A stretch of 63,993 bases of DNA, filler included, from Circinaria calcarea (taxonomy: Eukaryota): assembly GCA_051942165.1 (NCBI GenBank). It is 8 parts of 8 records of this genome, joined end to end, with 100 filler letters (N's around TTAATTAATTAA, not from the genome) between each part and the next. Parts side by side here need not be neighbours in the genome. Positions count along the whole stretch, not along the records: positions 32,154 to 40,084 come from JAVECS010001213.1; positions 40,185 to 48,109 come from JAVECS010001214.1; positions 48,210 to 56,134 come from JAVECS010001215.1; 5 more parts are not named here. One strand, given 5' to 3'. Below are positions 39,987 through 53,345 of this stretch, piece by piece (the stretch's first letter is position 1; each line of letters opens with the position of its first letter). A program made the position numbers and the translations under genes. Under the pieces are notes generated by a model. It was not told the origin of the DNA, searched no databases, and was given only the letters and a program-made list of their open reading frames with translations.

Positions 39987-40084
39987 ATGTGGATCCTCCC
40001 TCTAATCGGCTACATCGGTATCCTCCTCGGCTTCGCCTTCCTCACTCTCGCAATCGGTAAACAATCCCCCCTTACCCCTTCCCC
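39987..40084 (+). CDS. SVP26: Svp26/Erv26 ER-Golgi adaptor, first exon only (contig end)
   Basis: MWILPLIGYIGILLGFAFLTLAI then intron donor gtaaac at 40057. Confidence 0.75.
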
Positions 40085-40184
40085 NNNNNNNNNNNNNNNN
40101 NNNNNNNNNNNNNNNNNNNNNNNNNNNNTTAATTAATTAANNNNNNNNNNNNNNNNNNNNNNNNNNNNNNNNNNNNNNNNNNNN
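40085..40184. other. Artificial contig linker
   Basis: N-TTAATTAATTAA-N, 100 bp. Confidence 0.98.
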
Positions 40185-41238
40185 GATCTTGCCATAAAGC
40201 CACCACCCCACAGACCCTACCAATCCTGCAATCAAGAAGCCCAGGACAGTAAGAAGTATCCAGTGGCTACCCATCCAGAAAATCAGCCTTGCATCGTTGC
40301 CGTGCCAGCTGCTGCCCTTGTTATAAGTGAAGAAACTCCAAGCATGGTGGTTGTAATCATCTTTAGATAAGACTCGTACCCTTCCTCCGTCAACATTACT
40401 GTCCGAGACCATGTACTTTTTCCACATGACCGAGAGAAAGAGCGGGCCCGTACTGTACATGACGGTAATGTATGGAAGGCCCCAACTCCGGTCGTAAGAT
40501 TGAAGGGACTCAATCACGCGGAGGAAGAAGGGATGGCGAGGGACTGCGCCCATGGCATCGTTTGATATGCCGGTTGGGACCGTACGATGGAGCCAGGATG
40601 GGTAAGACAGAAGCGGATCGAGGCGACGGTTGCAGCCCTTGGAAAGTACGAGTTAACAGGTATTCCTCTTACACATGCGTGAGGCTGAGTGTCGCCTTGT
40701 TATGGGGTAGAATGTGTAGACTTTAGGTAGAGATACATACATCGTCGAGATCAATGTAAATACCACCAAAGTGGGCCAGGACAAAATATCGAATAGCATC
40801 TGCCCTTTGTATAGGGTGAGCGTATCCATCAAATGTTTCGAGAAACCATGGATACTCTGCAACTATGAGTTCACGAGATTTCTCATCCGTCCACATCTAC
40901 AAGCTTTACATCAGCTGCCATTCCCTTCCTGAGTTTTCTTACCAGATCCTACGGCATACCTTGTATTCATAGTCCTCGTGTAGGTCGATGCATGACTGCC
41001 GTGCCGATTCCCATATCGCAGGTATGCTCTCGTTGATATATGTCTGATGTATTATTTTCGGAATTAATTGCGGCCGAGTCTCAATCAGAGGGGAATTGGG
41101 AGCTGGAATATCGGCGCGATGTATGGCATCGGCGGCGCCATCTTCGATAAGAAGCGAGAGAAGCGTAAAGACGCTGTGGATTAAAATTGCAATGACGATA
41201 AGATTGATAACGAGGAAGACAAGAAGGCCGCGCCGCAT
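40185..41238 (-). CDS. SUR1: Mannosyl phosphorylinositol ceramide synthase (GT32), 3' truncated
   Basis: IPKIIHQTY, IQRADAIRYFVL.HFGGIYIDLDD, TVPTGISNDAMG..PRHPFF, LPYITVMYSTGPLFLS. Confidence 0.92.
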
Positions 41239-42866
41239 GATGAGCAGTGGAGATGGATGCTGAAAGGATAAAGTAGGTCTGTCAATTGAGGTCTAGCATG
41301 CATTCTGTCCTCCGATGAGGAGACGGCCCGCAGCTGCTATGTATTCGCGTCGAACGAGGGCCTTTGGTCAGGCCTTGGGTTGTTGGAGTCTGAGATCCAC
41401 GGAGTGACGGTACGAGGCTCAAAGCCGGTAGAGCATCAAGAGTTTGCTAAGGACATTTTTGAGAGAAGATCGAGCAATGGCGTAGAGCGTGCTTTACCAC
41501 CTGTATATGGAAAAAGGAGAAGGAGGAGGAGAAGGATGACCAGGCCGCCCTTGAGGCGCAGTTGGACGGCCCGCCAAGATCGTGAATGCGGCGAGATTAA
41601 GGGAAAAGGGACCGGCCTGGGATCTTACGCATTAGATCCTGAACCATTCCGTTTCATTGGCCGCTAAGATTAAGCTCGGGTGTTACCCTAAGCTTATCGC
41701 GGCCTAGAGCGGTGAGTGATCTAAGGATCAAACTTACCAGTAGGCTGACGAGGAGCAGGGCTGACTCTGGCCAGTAAGAATGACGGTGGTATTTCTTTCA
41801 AGGATCGAGAGTACGCCAAGGCTAAGTACCTGAGCACGCTAAAGTTACGGAGCACTAGACAATGGAGAACCCCTCTCTGGGAAGCCCTGCGCGAATTGAA
41901 GTTATTCCGAATCAAACGATGAATAGCTTATGCGATGAGGGCGTGCTTTGGGCTCTTGTGGTGTTGGGAGGGTACTCGTCGGATCATGACTGCCAATCGC
42001 ATCACACGAAGATGCCTACGCGTTCGAACCCATGACCACGTCTCCAGCTGGAATCCGCTGCATAGCTCGACTTGGCCTTCGTCTCCGTCTCTCGTCAGGC
42101 CCTCACCGCCAGTAATTCTCATCAAGGACAATGACGCGTAAGAATTGCCTTCCCCTACCAACTTGTCCAATTGCAACTCGAAGAGTAAATAGATACTCAA
42201 GTCTCACACTTATAGGTATAAGATGAGTGGAGTAGAAAGGAGCACCGTCCCTTTAGACCCCAAGGCATGGCGGTGCCCGGCCTGTATACCTGTTTGGCAT
42301 GTTCATGAATCTAGTGATTGATCTTCGAGGAAAGTCTTGTAGGCCATCGTCGCTGTAAGATAGTAGGTCAACACGGTGGTTGCGCATACCTTCGGAGTTA
42401 CGCTTGCTCGAGATGGCCTGAAGACGCAGGGTCTTAGGAGGAAGAAATCTATTCGGTCGTCACGATTTGGATCTCAGTCATTATCCGCCTCGCCAGGGTC
42501 AGTCAAATGCGATAACAATAGGCATCAGAGATGTGTTTGAATTTGGAATGCTTATTCCGATATTCATTCAGCTACCCGAGCTAACCGCCTTTAGCCAAGC
42601 TTGCCTTTTGAAACCTTATATTGTGGTTTCGGTAGATTAATTACAAGATCAGTCCTGCTTTATCCGAAATCAATCTTCATTCTGACTGTCCGAAGAGTTT
42701 ATTCCAAACGACTCAAGCACCAAATAGTTATTTGGCTGCACGAACTTTCCGACAGAGTGGTTATCGTTTCTTGTGAAACCGAGCTGAATCTGTTCTCATC
42801 ATCAACACCAATCTCACTTTATGATTTTAGAATCTGCATTGCACCTAGCTGATTTTGCAATTTATC

Positions 42867-44743
42867 ATGGCCGAGAGGAGTAATGATGATGAGGAAGAGC
42901 AGCTGAGACTTACTATTGCTCTCTCATTGCAGGATCAACCTGCAGTCCACACTGGCATACAGAGTATGAGACCTGAGACACCAAAAGAGATTATCGATAT
43001 CAACTCAAGCGACGATGACAGCCTAACCTCGACTGCCAACCTGATGGCTCACCTGGCTTCAGCCGTAAAGCTTCCGGAAAGGGCTCATGGAATCGTTGGA
43101 CTGGATCGTAGAGCAATGGAGGCAGAGAGACTAGCACGTAAGCGAAAGGCATCGGCCTCACCTCCGCCACGCAGACATCGCGGAAAACATTGCCCTGATA
43201 TGGAAGCTCCTGGGCCCGTGAAAGACTCGCCTACGTCCATGGTGCCAAAGACTTTAGAAGGTTCCGAAAGAGCCTCAATTACTATGCCGCACACAGAGTC
43301 TTCTACTAAAGGACCAAAATATCCGAATGGCATAGTCAGAAAATCTTGGGCTTATGGATTCCCGCGACATGAAGACATCAAGATAGAAGAGGTATTTGAA
43401 CGGAACGACCTGAACTTGGCCGTGCTCAGCTCGTTTCAGTGGGATGTCGAATGGGTCCTGGGGAAGCTCAACGCAGCAAATACCAAAATGATATTTGTTA
43501 TGCAAGCAAAGGAACAATCGACTAGGGAACAGTATGAACGGGAGACGGCGAGCATGCCTAATTTACGTCTTTGTTTTCCATCAATGGAGGGTCAAGTCAA
43601 TTGCATGCATTCAAAGCTTATGCTGCTCGCTCACCCAACTTACCTTAGAATTGTTGTACCTTCTGCCAACCTCGTCCCTTATGATTGGGGGGAAACTGGC
43701 GTAATGGAAAACATGGTCTTTATTATCGACCTGCCTCGCCTCGAGAGAAATCGAAGCGCCACAGCGGAAGACATGACTTTCTTCGGAAGAGAGCTGATTC
43801 ACTTTCTTCAAGCCATGGGTCTCCAGCAAGAAATTATAGGCAGTGTCTATAATTTCGATTTCACTGCCACCAAGGACTATGCTTTCGTCCATACCATCGG
43901 TGGCGCTCACGGTGGAGATACGGCTCCATGGCGTCGTACTGGGTACTGCGGTCTTGGACGAGCTGTTCGAGAGCTTGGACTGAGCAACGATCAAGAAATC
44001 TATGTGGACATGGTTACTTCTTCTATCGGCGCTGTCAATCGAGGTTTTCTGGCGATGCTGTACTTGGCTGCGCAAGGTGACGATGGTCTGAAGGAGTACG
44101 AGTGGCGCACCAGTGCTCCACCGAAGTCACAAAGTAATAAGAGAAGTATCGAGTCAAGTCTGACACCTGCAGTGGTCCCGGATGGCTTCTTTGAACGGCT
44201 CGAGGAGAATTTCAGAATATTCTTCCCATCTCAGGAGACTGTCGAAAGATCACGAGGGGGAGTTGGTTGCGGAGGTCCAATATGCTTTTCTTCAAGATGG
44301 TACAACGCGGCGGCATTCCCACAACGAGCGTTACGAGACTGTAAGAGCCGTAGGGAGGGCCTGCTGATGCACAACAAGGTCTGGAAATTCTGGTACACGT
44401 TCGAATAGCAGGTGCTAACGATTTGTAAAAGCTACTCTTTGTGCAACCAAAGGCACCGAATAACCCTTCGAGGACTCGTTCTTGGGTATATGTTGGATCA
44501 GCGAACTGTTCTGAAAGTGCTTGGGGTAAGCTTGTCAAAGAGAAGGCGACAAAAGCACCAAAGCTGAACTGTCGTAACTGGGAATGCGGTGTGATTGTGC
44601 CACTCAATCAGGCTCAGTTGTCCTCAGCAACGACTCCACTCCCCAGGACTTTGGACAGTTTCGAGTCGGCAGTTCCGGTACCTATGCAATATCCAGGCGA
44701 GGAATTTAGCAGTCGCAAACCGTGGTTCTATGCGGAGCAGTGA
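42867..44743 (+). CDS. Tyrosyl-DNA phosphodiesterase 1-like (PLD superfamily) with N-terminal UIM
   Basis: EEEQLRLTIALSLQD (UIM); MHSKLMLL..SANL; MHNKLLF..YVGSANCSESAWG..RNWECGV; intron ~44379-44431. Confidence 0.9.
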
Positions 44744-47700
44744 TTGTACCATCATAGTTCATTACGCACTATGCTGAGTCCATCCCCTCGACGGCCTCGC
44801 GTTATGGATGGCCACTTCTACCAATGACCGAGCGCCTATCATTGGTCAATAACAACAGCAGGGCACATATTCCATTCAAGGCTTGTAACACGAGACATTG
44901 ATATTTTAGCATCAGTGTTGATTCCGATCCTAAGACGCTTACACCTGACGAGGGTAGGCATCTCTAGCGTAAGCACTTGGAAATGCATTTGCCTCTCCTT
45001 GGCCGTCCGCCGTCCTCCGTAGATGATCCAGTCATCCATTTGTTGATAGTGTCTAGGCGCTTCCGTTCCGGTTGCATAGTCCAGCTTCACTGTGGAGGGG
45101 AAGGTGGAGTCTCTAAACTACTACGGGACAGCGCCAGGGCTTGGTCTTCTCTGACTGCTGATTTTGGCGACGCGCGTGCGCATATTGACTTTGGCTGGCG
45201 CAGTTTTCTATCCGCACATTTTCGTTTGTATTCGGGAAAAGCAAGTCAAAGGAGTGGACATGCAGCTATCATGACATGATCCCACCTCCAATTCTTGTGT
45301 CCCCAGACGAGGCGCGTTTCTTTTGCCGGCCGTTTTGATTTTCTTAAGAAACCGGTTTTATGCACCCTGCTGAGCCGTTGCATACAGACCAACGGTAGCT
45401 TGGGATTAGTGACCGTATTCTCTTCCTTCCCCTAGCCCGCAGACGGCCGCATTTGCCCCTTGCCCCCACCGATCGTACGTAGGCGCCTTTGGTGAGGAGA
45501 GGTAAGTTACCTTACTCAAGGTACAGCTGGCATCCGTCCGGAGGTGCCTCCGTCGTTATCAATGTGCCGACCTAGTAACGTACCAAGGGAACCGACGCTT
45601 CTCCTCCGCCTGCCGTGTTTTACTCTATGTCAGTACTGGCTGAGACGCTCACGTGGCGGGTGCGAAGGATGGCATGACTGGAGATCAACGGGCCGTAGAA
45701 AAGAGGGTGAAGTATGGACCTGCGTCTATGTATCAGCTACCTTACCCCGGCCTCTGACTTGCCTCGTCTTGGACGGAAAACGTGACAGTCTCGTGGACCG
45801 GGGTCTCGTCTGCGGGCTAGTGCTGCCCAAGCAATATCGATGAGTCGATCACCCGATGACTTCACCGTCTCAACGGCTTTCCACTTTGTCTCGAACAAGG
45901 GGCGTAAGGAGCTTGTTTCACACCCCATCATCTCGACGGCATCTGGGCACTTTTGTCGCCCTCAAACCGAGCTAGATGGCCAGGGTGGAGTAGGGCGGAG
46001 CTGTGATACAGGTTTACAGCGGGCGGCCTAAGATATCGTTACCCTGCAGAGCTCGGGCAGTAGGCTGCCAGGCTAGCTCCAGCCCACAGGATCTGGCCTG
46101 CACGCCTCGTCCGAAAGAATCCCCCCCATGGATCCCTCCACCCTTCCAATGCGTCGCGTTGGGCGGAGGACGAGGTAACGCCAAGGCGTCCCCGAGTCTG
46201 GCTTCCGGATGCGGTGGCGCCAGCCTCGCACGTTCGAATCAGCTCGACTTCCAAGTGCATCGGCCTCTTCGAACGATGCTGTCCGCATATCTGCTCGTCA
46301 CCGATCAGCTGGTCGAGGTCGCATCTCCAGTCATTGGTTGCATGCCTACAACTGCTGCCGAACCGGACGGGTGCCAAGCCCTGCTTCCTGGGGGGTTTCA
46401 TACCCCTAACCCCTAAGCTCGAGATGATCGACCGGTACTTGGATCTACTCCCGGAGAAGACGATGTACCTTGCGTCGAAAAGATCGGTGATCTTGCAAAC
46501 CCGTCTGCACTCGAGGGACGAGTTGCCCTCAGAGCACTTCACATGCTCCCAGTACCACGATGGTCAATCGCGCGACTTACACCTGTTTGGCTGGGAGAAA
46601 GCAGCTGGCTCCCCAGTACCACCCCAATTGTCAAAGACAACAGAGGAAACCATGGCAGAGGGAGAGGAGGAGGGACCAAATCGACAGTGGGCAGTAAGCG
46701 CTGCATTGCCGATGATCCAATATTGCTGTTATCGTGAGGCCACATGGATGACAGTACCTCGCAGGCAGCGCGTTCGTGGTGGCAAAGATTGCATCGTATC
46801 TGCCGTTGGGTCGAGCAGTAACGATGCCGAAGCGGGCTAAATGTAGAAGCACGGCCACCCTGCCGAACGGTTGGACGGGGGAAAGTCATGACGAGAACAT
46901 TATTAATTATCAATATTGTTATCGAACAAGGTAGCAGATGGGGCGAACCGACTAAACAAGAGCATCCCATAGTACATAGGCGTTTGATGCATAGGGCAAG
47001 CTCCCACCAAGGCTCATGTGGGGGAGGAAACTGATGTAGACCACTACCATGAGCAAGAGCCGTGCATGACTCTATCATCGTGTCGACCTGTCTTCTCATC
47101 TCCGCCTGCGCATCGTGGTCCCGTCTCCGTTGACAGATTGAGTCCTCTTCCTGTATCCCGCGCACGAGACCTGCATGACGCCGATTATATCATTCGATAT
47201 TTCAGTTTCTACCTGACCGGCGTACAGTGGGAGGACACACGTGTCGTTCACGCTTGCGCGGGGGACAAAGACGTTGTTACACAGACACGGTCGATCGAAG
47301 TGAGTCCAACCCCTCGCACCTCCCGATGCATTTATCTCCACATGATCCTCTCTCCACCGGATGGGGCACCAACCATCAGGTGTTCCTGCTCCAAACCTCT
47401 CGGGTTATTTATTCCTTCACGATTACTGCATTCGGCTCCTGCAGCATGCGTGGCTGGCTGCAATGCCGGCAAGCACCGTCGTTCCTTCATCGTCCCCGTG
47501 TAAGAAGCATAAGCGGGAAGCTCCTCGTTGCAACGAAGCAATTCACCGGCTTGGGACGATAGACATGCATGCCCGCGACCCAACAGGCAGATGGACCAAT
47601 AACGACCACTCAGGCCGCCGGATCTGCTCATGGAGCCCGACTACGCATCTCTACCACTCTCGCGCCCCAATGGGTGCGCTACTTGCCTTCGATTCAGCTT

Positions 47701-48109
47701 AGCTGGTCGAGCACATCTCTCATCCATGGTCTGCACATGGAACTCAACCCTCCACTCTATAATCCCCACTTCCCACTCCCCACTCCCCACTTTGCTCTTT
47801 GTCCCTCGCGCGCACACACACACACACACGCTCCCTCGTCTCTCTGGCTGACGATCCTTAGTCACCTCTCCCCCCTGCCGGCCATGGTCGTTGCTTGCTC
47901 CTGAATTCCATAATCGGGCCCAGCCAAGCCGAGCTTTCCCCCATTCCGCCCCGGTTCCTCCAGAGGGCCCTAATTGCTGTGTGGTCTATCTTTGGGAAAG
48001 ATCGCGGAAACTGCAATAAAGTTTCCGATTGATTGCGAGCGGATTCTAACTTTCGGTTGGCTTCGTCAGATAGTCGATCATTCAATACTCTATCTCACCG
48101 TAAGCCTAT

Positions 48110-48209
48110 NNNNNNNNNNNNNNNNNNNNNNNNNNNNNNNNNNNNNNNNNNNNTTAATTAATTAANNNNNNNNNNNNNNNNNNNNNNNNNNNNNNNNNNN
48201 NNNNNNNNN
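48110..48209. other. Artificial contig linker
   Basis: N-TTAATTAATTAA-N, 100 bp. Confidence 0.98.
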
Positions 48210-48679
48210 TCCTTGGGATTCCGCATGAGCATACCTGCTACTTCGGCGTCTTGTGGGTCTTTCGGTTCGGGGGTGCTAAGAAGTGATTGGAGGGATAGGA
48301 GGGCGGATTTGATCGTCAAGACAGGAGACCAGGCGGAAGAGAGAGTGTCAAGGCAGATAGCTCCCTTAACAGCATTAGTACTATGTAGCGTAGGCATAGG
48401 AGTGGATGCGCTACTTACTGTCTGACTGCTCACGTTGGGATGCCAAACCTTGGTGTCGAATTTCATGACTGGCGGTCGGAAGGGATATTCTCCAGGTATC
48501 CTAATATCGATCGCATACGTGCCTCCTTCATATGGTGTGCCGGGAGGTCCTTTGAACGAACCCTTCAAGTGCATCAGATCATCCCCGTTTCCAACTGGAT
48601 TCGCGGAGATTTTTGAAAGAGTGTCGGCGTGTATATCGGCGAGTTCTTTGGCTACTCGACGGGCTCGGTTGGAAGACAT
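48210..48679 (-). CDS. UBC1: Ubiquitin-conjugating enzyme E2 (Ubc1/E2-25K), 3' truncated
   Basis: GPPGTPYEGG, YPFRPP, HPNVSSQTGAICLDTL (one intron), PEPKDPQDAEVA. Confidence 0.93.
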
Positions 48680-49259
48680 GATGATCCTCTAGGAGCGTGG
48701 TCGATTTGTAAAGGCAAATTGAACGAGGAAAGAGTATGCGGTAGCGAATGGGTGGACTCGACTCTGGAGGGCAGGACGTTAAATGAAGAAAGCTGAGAGG
48801 GGAAGAGTTTTGCGGTAGCAGGCTGCGTTCTAACTTAAATGTGAGACTTTCTGGAGGAGAAGTTGCGTTGATGAAGCAGAAAGTGAAGCGCTCGGTGAGC
48901 GTAAGAACGGGACGAAGCTGTACCGGTTTAGACTGTTAAGTAATCCTGAGTGTCTGTGACTCAAGCACAGTGAACATTTGTTGAGTAGGCAAGAAGCTGA
49001 TATGAAATGCCAGTGAAGCAGAGTTATATGCGGCTGTCAACAGATTCTCTAGAACTTGACTGCCTGTTTGATGGAGGCCGTGCTCCAGCCAATGACGCTC
49101 GGCCGGAGTTCAGCCTTGGCGTTCAGGCGCTGACTCTCGCCTCGCGTCTTGCCTAAGCTTTTGCCAGCATCATCTTCATCTACATCCATCGCCAACACCT
49201 CCCGCAGCGAATCCTAATACCTTCAGTGACCTGTGGATAGTAAGGGCATCAACCACAGT

Positions 49260-50852
49260 ATGGTCAGTTATGAATAATCGACATTTGGATGTGGGTTCGT
49301 TTTACTGACCAGACCTTCCTCTAGGGAAATCAAACATCCAACCTTGGAGGTAACCAGCCAGGCGGTGATGGAAAGGACGACAAAGACAAGAAGGTTAGTT
49401 GACGCCCTCTGCCAGCGAGTATCTCCGGGAGAGCTGCATCCGGCCAGCAAGCAATACTAACAGTTTTCCTCCCCCTAGAAGGAGAAGCCCAAGTACGAAC
49501 CACCGCCGCAGCCAACTACCCGCATTGGGCGCCGAAAGCGCAAGGCCGCAGGTCCGAATGCGTCCGCAAAGCTACCTACAATCTACCCTACCTCCCGATG
49601 CAAGCTGAAGTACCTTCGTATGCAACGTGTTCACGACCATCTCCTGCTCGAAGAGGAATACGTTGAAAACCAGGAGCGGATACGCAAAGCCAAGGCACAA
49701 AAGACAACCACTCCTGCATCAGCTGGTGGCGACTCGGACGCCTTGGACAGAAATGCCGACGAGAGAAGCCGAGTCGATGATATGAGAGGGAGCCCGATGG
49801 GTGTCGGTAACCTAGAGGAGATGATCGACGATGATCATGCTATCGTGTCAAGTGCCACCGGTCCGGAGTTCTACGTCTCTATCATGTCATTTGTCGACAA
49901 GGACCTACTGGAGCCTGGAGCGAGTATCCTGTTGCACCACAAATCAGTTTCCGTGGTGGGTGTTTTGACGGATGATGCAGATCCTCTGGTATCGGTCATG
50001 AAGCTGGACAAGGCGCCAACAGAGTCTTATGCCGACATAGGAGGACTGGAGCAACAGATCCAAGAAGTGAGGGAGGCAGTTGAGCTACCTTTATTACATC
50101 CCGAGCTTTACGAGGAAATGGGTATCAAGCCACCTAAAGGGGTTATACTTTACGGTGGACCAGGTACTGGTAAGACTTTACTGGCCAAAGCTGTGGCGAA
50201 CCAGACAAGTGCTACTTTCCTTCGAATCGTGGGTAGTGAGCTTATTCAGAAGTATCTGGGTGACGGACCTCGACTCGTACGTCAGATCTTTCAGGTGGCT
50301 GCCGAGCATGCACCTTCAATTGTCTTCATCGATGAGATTGATGCCATTGGTACAAAACGTTACGAGTCTACATCTGGTGGAGAGCGTGAAGTGCAGCGAA
50401 CCATGTTGGAGCTCCTCAATCAGTTGGATGGTTTTGATGATCGGGGGGACGTCAAGGTTATCATGGCTACGAACAAGATTGAGACGTTAGATCCTGCACT
50501 GATCCGCCCTGGGCGAATTGATAGGAAGATCTTGTTTGAAAACCCTGACCGTATGTATACTATCCACGCCACGGCTTAGATAATACTAATATGGTATTTA
50601 GAAAACACAAAACGCAAGATCTTCACCCTGCACACCTCCAAAATGTCTTTGAACGACGACGTCGAGCTTGACGAATTCATCAATCAGAAGGATGACCTCT
50701 CCGGGGCTGACATCAAAGCTATCTGTTCCGAGGCTGGCCTGATGGCCTTGAGAGAGCGCCGAATGAGGGTCCAGATGGCAGACTTCAGAGCCGCGAGAGA
50801 GCGTGTGATGAAGACCAAGAGCGAAGGTGAACCAGAGGGTCTTTACCTTTGA
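49260..50852 (+). CDS. RPT2: 26S proteasome AAA-ATPase subunit 4
   Basis: ATG micro-exon, MGNQ.., [17 protein letters not shown] Walker A, FIDEID Walker B, C-terminal EGLYL; three introns. Confidence 0.97.
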
Positions 50853-53345
50853 AGGCTGTCAATCATGGAGGTAGTTGCGTTTCCAGGGATCTTGCGCTTC
50901 CAGGACTTGGGGAGCTGTCCGCATAGCTAGCTAAGCTGATTACATGAGCTTTGTATAGTACTAATATCGATTTCTGCGTCATACATTTGGCGTCTGGAAG
51001 GGAAATCTCTTTAGACGTGTATAATGAATCGTCGCAGCACGCAATCGACCTACGTTCTGTATGTGAAAACGTACACATGGTGGTTTCAAAGATCCCAGAG
51101 CATTCAGGCAAGTAATTCGAATGACATTAACAAGAATGCGGACCGAGGGAAAGCCTGAAGGATTATACCCCTAGAAACTACCGTTGATCGTAGAGAAGAT
51201 TACCAATAACCGAGATGCTACATTCTCAAGACTGCTGGCCCTTCCGTCCGGATTGGTAGGTAAGGTTAAAGCATAAGACCCGCTTTCTAGTATGTATAAG
51301 CCGTTCGTGGTTCTGAATCGGGGATCCACCTTCCCGGTATCAGGTAGATACGGAACGGTTCTGTAGAAGTCGTTGCCAACTTGGACACTTGGGCTGAACA
51401 GGCAGTCTCTCGGAGCTGGAGAGAAGTAGTATAGGGGTTTGTGTAATGTTCGTGTTCGAAACCGGGGTCCGCCTTTTGATATGCAGCGGGATAGTTTGCA
51501 GAAGTTGCTGGTGGGAGGGATTCTCTCCTACTTGATATCACATATCTCAAGCCGCCGAGATTGACTGTCTTTATGGCACATTCTCCTCATCCAAGGCAGT
51601 TGAGGTCGTCGAGTAGAGATAGCTACCGCCCAAAGAATGAACTAGACATTACATATCTACAGAACGTTTACCACCATGTACTTGGAAAAGGCAAGAAAGG
51701 ATTGAAAGCACGAGGGAACTCGGCATTTCATAAGAATAGATTTTTTACGCATATGTAGAACAGTATAAAAGTTATATGGTACATTGGCCTCGGCCCTTTG
51801 AGTATTCTAGACTATCTCGGGTTTAGCGTCGAGTACCCACCTTAACGTCCGGTCTTGAGAAATTCGAGGATTTGCCAAATAAATAATGTAAAATCCTAGA
51901 GGGTTTATCATTCTTGAGTACATTAGAATAGAGAATGTTTGTAATCTCTATTTCTAATCAATGTCCGTCATTCCAGACCAGTTGAGCATCGAGTTATGCC
52001 TTTCTCTCTCATGGTCCAAACAATTGGAGAATGATATATGATGTACCCGTTGAAAATGAAAGAGCTTAGGACAGGATTAAATTTTTGGAAGGTTAAATCT
52101 GTACAGCAGTCTTTATGCTCTCCTGTGAGATATATATGGTCCGCGTATAGCAACAATGTATAGGGCCCACGAGGGAGGACGAGAAAATTTGCGATTCGCG
52201 GTTGCAGCCAAAGAAGAGACGAGTACTGCAGGACCGTGAAAGGTATATTGAACAGCCCTAGAAGCCGTATTGGTGGTAGCTGTCAGCCAACAGAATTTTT
52301 AAGTGGAGATTGATCCAAGGCTCCACGGGACCAGGTGCATTGCGTCAAGGCCATTGGATGTAGTCTGCTGACTGGTTTGCTATCGGCTAAAGAATATAGC
52401 AGGGAAACATTGAGGCCGCAAGTATATCCAATCTAACGGAACGGTAAGGATTCTGCTCTTATGGGGTATTGTCTCCTTTCTCTGTGAGCTCCTTCTTCTC
52501 TACTTGGTGCTCGAGTGCGAGTTGCTGCCAAATATTTAGTGGTTTGGCTCTCCTATGTTTACTTAGTGGTGCAACAGAAGACAGTGACGAAGTGAATAAA
52601 AGGAATAGCCAATCATTGGGGAAGGTGTTACCCGTGCGATCCATGTAAACGTGAATCATGGCCGTGCTTAAAAGCCTGCAAAGGACCGGAGGAAACTCCA
52701 AACTTATATGGTTTTCCTAGAGCTTGGTTGTGGTGGTGATAGTCTGGTCTGACGTTGTGGAATATATATGAGATATCAAACTTATGTCGGACGCGTACTA
52801 GTAAGTTAGACCTCCCTCAACTATGTATAGATTTTTGGGCCAGCGTTGAATTTCTAACACTTGGTCTGGTGATGACTTTGGCATGCCCGATTGCGAATGT
52901 AAGTGTTGTGTAGGTGTTGAGTGTTAAGGTAAGTGTTGGCTATTTAGTGAATCACTGGCTACCTTCCAAAGCCTATAAAATCATCCTCCACCCTGCACCT
53001 TTCATCCTTCTTCTATCTTCATGTTACGAATATCCACAACCATAAACACCTTCCTCATTGCCCGCCTCTTTACAACATCCTTCATACAGCTTCTTGATAT
53101 CATCTGGATCAGCTAGAGTATCTACAAAGCAGTTAGCTATCGATACAAAGCCTCGTGGCACTCGGTATCGAGCACAGATATTCTAGTGTTGAATCCAAGA
53201 TATCCTACCTTTCATTCTTTCATCCTACCTTCCATCCGTCACACACTATCAGCCTCTCATACCACCTTCCACTCACACACCATTGCACTCTGCATCCCTG
53301 TGCTAACTTGAGCACTCTATTCACACGAATTAAGTCTTGGACATC

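Noticed and set aside
46003..47904. Cluster of overlapping 100-200 aa ORFs on both strands
   Set aside because: No domain motifs or consistent splice structure; expected by chance at this GC content
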